Assembly: GCA_963840645.1 (NCBI GenBank)
Contig: CAWIZL010000004.1
Span: 16,574-80,573 of the forward strand
Length of the DNA stretch: 64,000 nt
Source: Candidatus Doudnabacteria bacterium
Lineage (GTDB): Bacteria > Patescibacteriota > Doudnabacteria > UBA920 > VMFF01
Direction of reading: 5' to 3'
The position numbers were made by a program, and so were the translations under genes. Numbering within the stretch: the stretch's first letter is position 1; each line of letters opens with the position of its first letter. Below, piece by piece: positions 21,641 to 29,874 of this stretch. The notes under the pieces were generated by a model. That model saw only the letters and a program-made list of their open reading frames with translations. It was not told the origin of the DNA and did no database searches.

Positions 21641-23039
21641 CGCTCGCACTCATTGGCGTGAACCACAAAACGGCGCCCATCGCGCTCAGGGAGAGGATCG
21701 CCATCGGCCGCGACGATTTGGCAGAAGCCACGCGCGCCCTGGCTGCAACGCCGGGAGTGACCGAGTGCATGATCGTCTCCACTTGCAATCGCGTGGAACT
21801 GCTGGCCGCCGTCGAGGGTTCCGTCGCGCCGCTAGCGGGTTTCCTTGCGAATCACTTCGGCATCGACGCCTCGGTACTCGCGCCGCACCTGTACGAGTAT
21901 CACGATAAAGATGCCGTCAGCCATCTCTTTCGCATGGCCGCAAGCCTTGATTCCATGGTGGTCGGCGAGCCGCAGATTCTCGGTCAGGTGAAAGAAGCCT
22001 TCGCCGTTGCGCGTGCCGCGGGAACTGTCTCCGGCCAGCTGGACCACCTGCTGCAAAGCGCGTTCGCCGCAGCGAAAAAGGCGCGCAGCGAAACCGGCAT
22101 CGGCTCGAATTCAGTTTCCATCGCATCCGTGGCTGTAGATATGGCGCGCAAAATCTTTGGCTCGCTGAAGGGCCGCACGGTGTTTCTCGTGGGCGCAGGA
22201 AAAATGAGCGAGATCGCCGCGCGGCATCTCGTGCAGCAGGGCGCGGGCGCCATCCTGGTCAGCAATCGCACCGCCGAGCGCGCGCGCCGCATGGCCGAGG
22301 AGTTTTCCAGCGAGGTGGCGCCGCAGGTGATCGAATTCGATCAGCTCTACGAAGCGGCCAGCCGCGCCGACATCGTCATCAGCTCCACTGGCGCGCCGCA
22401 TCCCATCTTCCGTCGCGAGCACGGGCAGGCTTTCCTGCACAAGCGGCGCAACCGGCCCATGTTCTTCATCGATATCGCCGTACCGCGCGACGTCGATCCG
22501 GAGATGAACAAGCTCGACGGCATCTTCGTCTACGACATCGACGATCTGCAGCCAGGTGGCAGCGGCGCACATGGAAGAACGCAGCCGCCAGGCCGTCGAT
22601 GCGGAAACGCTAATCGCCGCGGAGGTAGAGCGATTCCACCTGCGCCAGCGCACCGTCAGCGCTGCACCGGCCATTGTTGCGTTGCAAAGGAAAGCCGAAG
22701 AAATTCGTGTGGCGGAGATTCGATCGCATTCACAATCGCCTCGGCCAGCTCACGGCCGAGCAGCTCGCCGCCGTCGAAGCGCTCACGCGCGGACTGGTGA
22801 ACAAGTTTCTGCATCCGCCCATACAGGCGCTCAAGCAGGCGGCGCGCGAAGGCGACTCCGCGCGGCTCGATGCGCTCTGCGACGAGTGGGCGGTTTCGCC
22901 GGCTGCCCAGGCCGAGCCGCAACCCGCAGGCGAGCCAGCGGCGAATGCCGAACCAGAAAGCCCAAGCGCCGAGGCTCCTGAGAGCAAACGCATCGTCAAT
23001 TTGAGAGTTATCGAAGGCGGCAGTGAGGCGCGCCGATGA
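21637..23039 (+). pseudogene. hemA: glutamyl-tRNA reductase, two frame changes as sequenced
   Basis: MTLALIGVNHKTAPIALRE, VSTCNRVE, GEPQILGQVK, VGAGKMSE. Continues in ORFs 22556 and 22674 (..LTRGLVNKFLHPP..). Insertion-type shifts near 22552 and about 22705. Confidence 0.95.
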
Positions 23040-24003
23040 AGCTGCGCATCGGCAGCCGTGGATCGCAACTCGCACTGTGGCAGGCCAATCACATTGCCGG
23101 ATTGCTGCGCGTCAGGGCCACGAAGTCGAAATCGAAATCATCAAAACTACCGGCGACCGCCTGCAGGACATCACCTTCGCGCAAGTCGGCTCCAAAGGCA
23201 TGTTCACCAAGGAAATTGAAGAAGCTCTAGCCATGGCCGAAATAGATCTCGCCGTGCATTCGCTCAAAGACCTGCCCACCGAACTGCCTGAGCCATTTAC
23301 GCTCGCGGCCACGCCGGTGCGCGTCGATCCGCGCGACGTATTTGTTTCCGTCAAGCACGCCAATCTCGCCGCGCTGCCGCTAGGCGCGCAGCGTTGGCAC
23401 CAGCAGCCAGCGCCGACGCGCGCAGTTAAAGGCGCTGCGGCCCGACCTCGATCTGGTCGAGTTTAGAGGCAATGTTGACACGCGGCTGCGCAAGCTGGCC
23501 GAAGGGCAGGTAGAGGCGATTCTGTTCGCCGCCGCCGGGCTCGACCGCCTGGGCCGGACCGACTGGGTGCGCGAGCGGCTCGATCCTAAAGAATTTTGTC
23601 CTGCCGCCGGGCAGGGCGCGCTCGGCATTGAAACCCGCAAAGATGACGCAGCGACCATCGAGGCGGTCAGCTTTCTCGACCACGCCGATACGCGGTTCGC
23701 CGTCTCGGTCGAGCGCGCAGCGTTGGCTGCTCTGGGCGGCGGCTGCCAAGTGCCCATCGGGATATATTGCCGCCAAGTTCAAGTTAAAGATTGGCAGGCC
23801 GCCGGCGAAATCACGCTCACGACGAAGTCTTTGCCGTCGTTGCTCGCCCAGCCACAGGCGCGATTGTCCGCGTCTATCATCGAAGCGTGCGCGACAACAA
23901 CGATCCCACAGCACTCGGTCGCAAGGTTTCCGCGATGCTAATGGAAGCAGGCGCAGGCCCGTTGCTTGCGGCCTCCTGCGAAGCCGCAGGCGGAGCTGCC
24001 TGA
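23036..24003 (+). pseudogene. hemC: hydroxymethylbilane synthase (porphobilinogen deaminase), about 3 frame changes as sequenced
   Basis: [41 protein letters not shown], (R)[44 protein letters not shown] overlap with the hemA stop and TGATG overlap with the hemD start. Confidence 0.95.
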
Positions 24004-24908
24004 TGACGCCCGAGCCGCTTGCTGGCAGCCGCGTGCTCAAGGGAAGACGCGTCCTCGTCACGCGCGCCACGCACCAGGCAAGCAAATTGAGTGACGGCCT
24101 GCGCGCGTTGGGCATCGAGCCGGTCGAAGTCCCGGTGCTCGAGATTCAGCCCCCAACAGATTACGCGCCGCTCGACCACGCGTTGCGCTGCCTCGACTCG
24201 TATGACTGGCTGATTCTGACCAGCGCAAACACGGTGCGCGCCCTCGCGGGCCGCGCGGACTCGCTCGGTTTGCCACTTGCGCTGGGCCCGCACCTGCAGG
24301 TGGCTGCGATCGGAGAATCCACGGCCGCCGCGGCGCGCGAGACCGGCTTTACCATAGCCCTTGTCCCGCTGAATTACGTCGCCGAAAGCCTCGTCAAAGC
24401 GCTCCTCAATGGAGCCAAACGCTCAGACGCCGTGAAAGGGCACGACCGGGGAACCCACACAGTGTGTGGGTCGCGTGCCGATAAGTGTCAATCAAAAGAG
24501 GGGGCTTTAGCCCCTGAGGGAAGCCTTCAGGGCCAGAGATTTCTGCTTGCCCGCGCCGAAATCGCCCGCGACGTGATCCCCGACGCGTTGCGCGCCTTTG
24601 GAGCCACAGTCGATGTCGTCGATGCCTACAGAAACGTCATGCCCGCAGCCGCGCCGGAGCTGCTACGCGCGGCCTTAAAGAAGAGAATCGACGCCGCAAC
24701 CTTCACCAGTTCCTCAAGCGTCACGCATCTTGCCGCCGCGGCTCGATCAGCCGGAATCGCATTTCCGTTCGCTGGCGTCCGCGCCGTTTCTATCGGTCCC
24801 ATCACCAGCAAAACGCTGCGCGAACTCGGCTGGGAACCAGCGGCGGAGGCGAGCGTGTCGGATGCCCCCGGCCTGATTGCGGCGGTCGAGAAAGTCTTTC
24901 GTGCCTAG
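24003..24908 (+). CDS. hemD: uroporphyrinogen-III synthase carrying an in-frame repeat-derived insertion
   Basis: Starts MTPEPLAGSRVLKGRRVLVTRA inside track ORF 23628..24908. HemD-like two-lobe pattern (DWLILTSANTV..., FTSSSSV). Uninterrupted frame. Confidence 0.85.
   Translation: MTPEPLAGSRVLKGRRVLVTRATHQASKLSDGLRALGIEPVEVPVLEIQPPTDYAPLDHALRCLDSYDWLILTSANTVRALAGRADSLGLPLALGPHLQVAAIGESTAAAARETGFTIALVPLNYVAESLVKALLNGAKRSDAVKGHDRGTHTVCGSRADKCQSKEGALAPEGSLQGQRFLLARAEIARDVIPDALRAFGATVDVVDAYRNVMPAAAPELLRAALKKRIDAATFTSSSSVTHLAAAARSAGIAFPFAGVRAVSIGPITSKTLRELGWEPAAEASVSDAPGLIAAVEKVFRA
24433..24535. repeat. family C hairpin repeat copy located inside the hemD coding frame
   Basis: gtgaaagggcacg..cgtgccg...ggggctttagcccctgaggga matches the intergenic copies at 5297 and 37447. 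Encodes ..SDAVKGHDRGTHTVCGSRADKCQSKEGALAPEGSLQG.. in HemD. Confidence 0.75.
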
Positions 24909-24934
24909 CCGTCCTGCGATATTGCTTGGCCTGC

Positions 24935-24966
24935 CCCGCTGACTTGCTAACCCGCTGACTCGCTCG
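24935..24966. repeat. family E short tandem motif (CCGCTGACT[T/C]GCT; reverse complement GTTAGCGAGTCAGCG)
   Basis: ccccgctgacttgctaacccgctgactcgctc. Related copies at 31267..31289 and 52172..52200 (opposite orientation). Confidence 0.6.
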
Positions 24967-24967
24967 T

Positions 24968-25663
24968 TCAGCTGCTCCAGGTCTTATCCTTCGACCGGCA
25001 GAGCGGCTCGAGGTTGCACACATTGCACTTCGGATTGCGCGCGGTGCACACCTGCCGGCCGTGATGAATCATCTGGTGCGAGAAGCTGATCCAACGCTCG
25101 CGCGGAATCACCTGCATCAATTCCTGCTCCACTTTCTCCGGCGTGTCGCCTTTGGCGAGTTCGAGGCGCCGCGCGATGCGGAAGACATGCGTGTCGACCA
25201 CAATGCCCTCGGCCTTTCCGAACGAAACACCAAGCACCACGCTAGCCGTCTTCCGCGCCGCCCCCGGAATCGTAATCAGCTCCGCCAGCGTTTGCGGAAC
25301 CTCGCCGCCGAAGTCCGCAATGATTTTGCGCGCCGCCCCCTGGATCGACTTCGCCTTGTTGCGAAAGAAGCCAGTGGTCCTGATGAGTTCCTCAAGCTCT
25401 GGCAAGCTCGCTTTCGCCATCGCAGCCGGAGTCGGAAAACGCTTAAACAATTCCGGCGTCACTATATTCACACGCACATCGGTGCATTGAGCGGAAAGTA
25501 TCGTCGCCACCAGCAGTTCCCACGGCGAGCGATGATGGAGCGCGCATTCGGCGTTTGGATAAGCCTCGTCGAGGCCTTTCAGAATTGCGGCCACACGCTC
25601 CGGCGCGAGCGGCCCGTGGGCTGACTTTGATGGGATGTGGTGGGTTGGCGACTTCTTCGACAT
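24968..25663 (-). CDS. nth: endonuclease III (DNA-(apurinic/apyrimidinic site) lyase / glycosylase)
   Basis: HhH-GPD motif LITIPGAARKTASVVL, catalytic-region VDTHVFR, and C-terminal 4Fe-4S cluster C..ARNPKCNVCNLEPLC. Start at M9 (ATG 25663). Confidence 0.95.
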   Translation of the reverse strand: MSKKSPTHHIPSKSAHGPLAPERVAAILKGLDEAYPNAECALHHRSPWELLVATILSAQCTDVRVNIVTPELFKRFPTPAAMAKASLPELEELIRTTGFFRNKAKSIQGAARKIIADFGGEVPQTLAELITIPGAARKTASVVLGVSFGKAEGIVVDTHVFRIARRLELAKGDTPEKVEQELMQVIPRERWISFSHQMIHHGRQVCTARNPKCNVCNLEPLCRSKDKTWSS

Positions 25664-25667
25664 AGAT

Positions 25668-26066
25668 TCAGGATAAAAGCCGGGCACGCCTGCCCTGCGC
25701 TTTGAGCAGTTTCACGGCTTGCTTGTCGAAGCTAACAAACTCTTCGGCGCCAAGCCAAGCGCCTTCGTATGCGATTACTCCGTCGGCAAAGTCACCGCCC
25801 TTGTCGAGCAGCTCTAATCCGGCCTCCACCGAAGCACGGTCTGTGACCACGTTCTCGCTATCGATCAGGAACCGAATTGCCTTTGCTACTTCATCCGAAT
25901 CCTTCTTATATCCCTGTCTGAGAACCCAGACGAATTCGCATAGGACGGACACCGGTATGGCGACGAGATCAGCAATCCTGAGAACCTCCGCGACCAAACG
26001 CGCCTGGCGAGGATTGTCGTGCAAGGCGTCGCGCAGAAGCACATTCGTGTCCGCAACGATCCTCAT
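25668..26066 (-). CDS. vapC: PIN-domain ribonuclease toxin VapC
   Basis: MRIVADTNVLL.. (first acidic D), later conserved E/D positions. 132 aa. 4-nt ATGA overlap with the upstream antitoxin. Confidence 0.85.
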   Translation of the reverse strand: MRIVADTNVLLRDALHDNPRQARLVAEVLRIADLVAIPVSVLCEFVWVLRQGYKKDSDEVAKAIRFLIDSENVVTDRASVEAGLELLDKGGDFADGVIAYEGAWLGAEEFVSFDKQAVKLLKAQGRRARLLS

Positions 26067-26314
26067 CGCTTGCCCGCCCAGGCATCTTCGGTGATCTTCT
26101 TGATTTGAGCGATGCTGAGCCGCGGCGTGCCCGGCTTAGCCAGGCAGCCACTGAAAGCCTCGATCGAGTGCTTCCGTGCCGCGGGCCGCACTTCAAGCCG
26201 GCCATCCGGCAACTTCTCTACTGCAACCTTCTGACCGGGCGCGACCTTGAGATGCCGCAGCAGTTCCTGCTTCAGCGTGATTTGCCCCTTTGCGGTGATC
26301 GTGAGCGTGGCCAT
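26063..26314 (-). CDS. vapB: AbrB/SpoVT (MazE-like) antitoxin VapB
   Basis: MATLTITAKGQITLKQELLRHLKVAPGQKVAVEKLPDGRLEV is a swapped-hairpin AbrB-type DNA-binding domain. AGGAG lies 6-7 nt upstream of ATG 26314. Confidence 0.8.
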   Translation of the reverse strand: MATLTITAKGQITLKQELLRHLKVAPGQKVAVEKLPDGRLEVRPAARKHSIEAFSGCLAKPGTPRLSIAQIKKITEDAWAGKR

Positions 26315-26335
26315 AAGCAACTCCTACTTAACCAT

Positions 26336-26357
26336 GGTAAGGTAAAAATGCCTTACC
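26336..26357. promoter_or_regulatory. perfect inverted repeat GGTAAGG-N8-CCTTACC upstream of vapB (candidate VapB operator)
   Basis: Seen directly, about 22 nt upstream of the vapB start codon, in the vapB/TIGR03435 divergent spacer. Confidence 0.55.
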
Positions 26358-26435
26358 GTCCAGTGCGATCATGATTATTCGGCGGATCCGCACCATTCTG
26401 AAAGAGCGCGAGTGCGGGAATACACTGGACCTACG

Positions 26436-27245
26436 ATGGTTTCGAGACGCGTGATAGCAGGCTCGCTATTGTTCGCGATGATGAATGTCTCATGCGCGGA
26501 TGCGCAGCAAACGCCTCCGGCCGCAGCGGCAGAGAGTCGGCCGAGCTTCGAGGTCGCCTCCATCAGACCGAGCCGGCCTGACTCACGAGGCCTCGACTGG
26601 GACGATTCTCCGGGTCGGATTTCCATCCGCGGATATGACCTTCGCCAATTGATTCGCGCGGCGTACGGCCTCAAATCGAACGCGCAGGTATTGGGCGGCC
26701 CAAAATGGATCGACAGTGAGCGATTCGACATTGTGGCCAAAGCCGACGATGCCGAGACCGCGAAGATGCAGAAGATGGGCGACGCGGATTGGGCAAGGGA
26801 GCGGAATCTGATGCTGCAATCGTTGTTGGCGGATCGTTTTCAGTTGAAGTTGCACCGGGAGACGCGCATCTTGCCGATCTATGCGCTTGTGGTGGCCAAA
26901 TCGGGGATTAAATTTAAACCGTCAAAACCCGAAGAAGGCGACGATCTTTCCGGCTGGGGCGGTCACCTGGAGGCAACCGCAATCACGATGGATGCGTTTG
27001 CGGATTATTTGACGGGATTCCGCGAGATTGCGGATCGAGTAGTTCTGAACCGCACCCGCTTGACGGCAACCTACGACTTCAACCTCGATTGGTCGCGCGA
27101 TCGCGGCGATGGTGGCTCGCAGGACTCTGAGTTTCCGGGTTTATATACTGCTCTTGAAGAGCAACTCGGTCTGAAACTCGAACCAGAGAAAGCGCCGGTC
27201 GAAGTGGTAATCGTGGAATCAGCGAGTCAGCCGGCGCCGGAATGA
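26436..27245 (+). CDS. TIGR03435-family protein (acidobacterial paralogous family, unknown function)
   Basis: Signal peptide, then the family signature FEVASIRPS..., LRQLIRAAYGL, GGPKWIDSERFDIVAKA, MLQSLLADRFQLKLHRETRILPIYALVVAKSG. Confidence 0.85.
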   Translation: MVSRRVIAGSLLFAMMNVSCADAQQTPPAAAAESRPSFEVASIRPSRPDSRGLDWDDSPGRISIRGYDLRQLIRAAYGLKSNAQVLGGPKWIDSERFDIVAKADDAETAKMQKMGDADWARERNLMLQSLLADRFQLKLHRETRILPIYALVVAKSGIKFKPSKPEEGDDLSGWGGHLEATAITMDAFADYLTGFREIADRVVLNRTRLTATYDFNLDWSRDRGDGGSQDSEFPGLYTALEEQLGLKLEPEKAPVEVVIVESASQPAPE

Positions 27246-27301
27246 GACGGCTCATGCTGCCTTAACGGGATAGGGCTTGACGACCAGCCTCACTCCAGCG
27301 T

Positions 27302-28129
27302 TTACGACGGCCTAACTTGGGCTTGGAGCTTCTCTAATCCTTTCAAACATCGATTCATGCCCTCTTTTAACGCTTCTTCGCGAATTGTTCGGCACGGAAG
27401 CTCCTTCTGAATCGTCAGGTATAACTTCAGTGCTTCTGCGTACCTCTCCTGCATGACCCTGCAATTCGCCATATACATCAACGAAAGTGTTTTTGTCGCT
27501 CCTTCTTCGCTTTCGTATGCTTGGTTGGCGAGTTCGTACGCCTCTTCATACCTACACAGGCCATAGAGGGAACGGGATTTGTTGAACAGAATCTCCGTCT
27601 CCATCCAGCCATAGATCTGGCGCGTCGTTTCGTCGCCACAGCTGGCCTCGTTAGGAAACAGAGAGTGAGCCATCTCAAGCCATTCGAGGGCTTCATTCCA
27701 CCTTTCCAATCGCTCAAGAGCCTTTCCCTTGAAGAAGAAGAGCTGGTACTTATGCACTTTAAAGTCGTCACGATCGAAGTAACCCGTCTCGATGCACAAG
27801 TCGAGGAGGGTCAGCGCGTTCTGGGGCCTGCCCAGATCGGACTCGGCGTTTGCTCTGGTCAAGTTCGCCAGGACCCGGGAGATTTCCGGCTGCGGCAGTT
27901 CGTCCAGTTCTGATAAGGCATCTTCCGTCACAGTGTGAGCTTCAATTTGCGTAGAACAGGAGATGATGTGAAAGAGGAGCAGCATGCGTGTGCTGTCATC
28001 ACCGGCGCGTTCCAACATCTCTTGCATTCGGGCAAGCGCACCAGTGAAGTCACCCCGAGTACGCAGCTTAGCAGCGGCGTCAATCTCTTCTTCAGTCACC
28101 GGCAATTGGGAGGCTTCGCTCATGCTCAA
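27302..28129 (-). CDS. TPR-like repeat protein, compositionally atypical (A+T-richer by eye)
   Basis: 275-aa intact ORF. Helical-repeat pattern (..ALERLERWNEALEWLEMAH.., ..RYEEAYELANQAY.., ..RYAEALKLYLTI..). 33 nt downstream of hemQ on the same strand. Confidence 0.7.
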   Translation of the reverse strand: MSMSEASQLPVTEEEIDAAAKLRTRGDFTGALARMQEMLERAGDDSTRMLLLFHIISCSTQIEAHTVTEDALSELDELPQPEISRVLANLTRANAESDLGRPQNALTLLDLCIETGYFDRDDFKVHKYQLFFFKGKALERLERWNEALEWLEMAHSLFPNEASCGDETTRQIYGWMETEILFNKSRSLYGLCRYEEAYELANQAYESEEGATKTLSLMYMANCRVMQERYAEALKLYLTIQKELPCRTIREEALKEGMNRCLKGLEKLQAQVRPS

Positions 28130-28161
28130 CTTTCAGAATTGAGGTCCGTTTGCTGGCAGCC

Positions 28162-29016
28162 CTACAGCTTCCCCTCAACCCACCCGCCCAGCTTCTCCAC
28201 CGGCAGCCTCACCCCAAGATAGAACTGCCCGAAAAGCGCGTACAACGCGCTCACTTCGTCGAAGCGCATCTCGTAAATCAGCTTCTTGAAGACCACCGGA
28301 TCGTCGGCGAAGAGATCGACACCCCACTCCCAATCATCCATCCCAATCGATCCGGAAATAATCTGCCTCACCTGCTCGGCATATCTGCGGCCGATCATGC
28401 CGTGCTCGTGCATCATGCGCTGGCGCTCGGCAAACGGCACCGTGTACCAGTTCACCCGCTCACCGCGCTTACGGTCCATGGGATAAAAGCAAAGATACTT
28501 CGCGTCGGGAACAGACGGGAACAGCCGCGGCTTCATGGCGTCGGTTCCGCGTGCGAGCGTATTTGCAATCTCGGCATTCCACTCCGGCGTGTGTGCCTCA
28601 AAACCCTTCGCCGACGCGGCCTCATAGGTCTTGCGGCTCGACTCGTAAAGGCCCAGCTCCACCACAGAAACATAAGAGTGCGTCGGTATGAGGAAATCAA
28701 ACAGCGCAGTCTGCGCCAGATCCAGCTCTACCTGGTTCAGCGCTTCAAAGGACTCGCGAAAGTGCACAAATATCAGATCAGCCTTGTGCCCGAGCTGCGA
28801 GTAAAGCGCCGAGCGCACTGGCGCGTCGGGACCAGAACGCTCCATCGTGCGCAGAGCATCGATTGCTTCGGCAACAATTTTCTTGCGCTTACCCGACGCG
28901 CCCGACTTACGCCCGCCGTCCGCGCAGGACCGCCAAGCCTTCCAGTCGAAACGGAAGAACTGGTGAAGCATGCATGAGCCTTCCAAAGTAAGCGGTACGG
29001 GCGGGAAATCGGGCAA
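28162..29016 (-). CDS. hemQ: coproheme decarboxylase / chlorite dismutase-family protein (HemQ/ChdC)
   Basis: LEGSCMLHQFFRFDW, YLCFYPMDRKRGERVNWY, MMHEHGMIGRRYAEQVRQIISGSIGMDDWEWGVDLFADDPVVFKKLIYEMRFDEVSALYA. Confidence 0.9.
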   Translation of the reverse strand: MPDFPPVPLTLEGSCMLHQFFRFDWKAWRSCADGGRKSGASGKRKKIVAEAIDALRTMERSGPDAPVRSALYSQLGHKADLIFVHFRESFEALNQVELDLAQTALFDFLIPTHSYVSVVELGLYESSRKTYEAASAKGFEAHTPEWNAEIANTLARGTDAMKPRLFPSVPDAKYLCFYPMDRKRGERVNWYTVPFAERQRMMHEHGMIGRRYAEQVRQIISGSIGMDDWEWGVDLFADDPVVFKKLIYEMRFDEVSALYALFGQFYLGVRLPVEKLGGWVEGKL

Positions 29017-29156
29017 CGCATCCTCCTAAAGCCGCGAAGCAAGTACACCCCATCCTAACAAATGAGAAATGCATACGTGTGCATGTTTCTTTTCTCGGTA
29101 CACCGCCGCGCGCACCCCGCTCGACCGCGCAAGTGGCTTATATACTGGGTACGCTC

Positions 29157-29803
29157 ATGAGCGAAAAGATCGTCGCACTCGTATTTCAATTTGTCATTCA
29201 TGTCATCAACGCCGGCGGCTACGCAGGCATCGTCGGGCTCATCACGCTGAACTCGTGCGGCATCCCCATTCCTTCTGAAGCCATCATGCCGTTCTCCGGG
29301 TACCTTGTTTACCTCGGCCGCTTCAATCTGATTTTGGTGGCCATCGCCGGAGCGGTGGGATGCAATATCGGTTCGGCAATCGCCTATTGGATCGGCGCCA
29401 AAGGCGGGCGCCCGCTTGTGGCGCGTTACGGCAAATGGGTGTTGATGAACCCCACGATCTGGATCTGATGACAAAGTTTTTTGAGAAGTACGGGTCGATC
29501 GCGATTCTGGTGGGCCGCATGTTGCCGATGGTGCAAACCTACGTCGCGTTTCCCGCGGGAATCGGCAAAATGCCGCGGCTGCGTTTTCACATCTACACCA
29601 CGGTCGGGTCGCTGATCTGGTATTTCTGCCTGGCCTGGATGGGCATGAAGCTTGGCCAAAGCTGGAATACCGATCCGCGCCTTCAGGAGACCTTTCATCG
29701 CTTTCATCTGGTCGTGGAGTTGGCCGTCGTCGCGTTCTTTATATGGTTCCTGTGGTCGCACATCAAGCGGTGGAAGAAACAGGGAGTAGCAAATAGCCAA
29801 TAG
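29157..29803 (+). pseudogene. DedA/SNARE-associated family membrane protein, one frame change as sequenced
   Basis: MSEKIVALVFQFVIHVINAGGYAGIVGLITLNSCGIPIPSEAIMPFSG.. (ORF 29079) continues as ..HDLDLMTKFFEKYGSIAILVGRMLP.. in ORF 29360. Shift near 29450. Confidence 0.85.
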
Positions 29804-29874
29804 AGAGCAGGAAGCGAAGTTTCCCGTGGTACAAAAATTCGCGATCAAATTCCAAAAGAAGAACAGGAGAAGGA

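Noticed and set aside
23628-24908. 426-aa ORF suggesting a long N-terminal extension of HemD
   Set aside because: The first roughly 125 codons are an out-of-frame reading of the hemC 3' half. hemD starts at ATG 24003, overlapping the hemC stop (TGATG).
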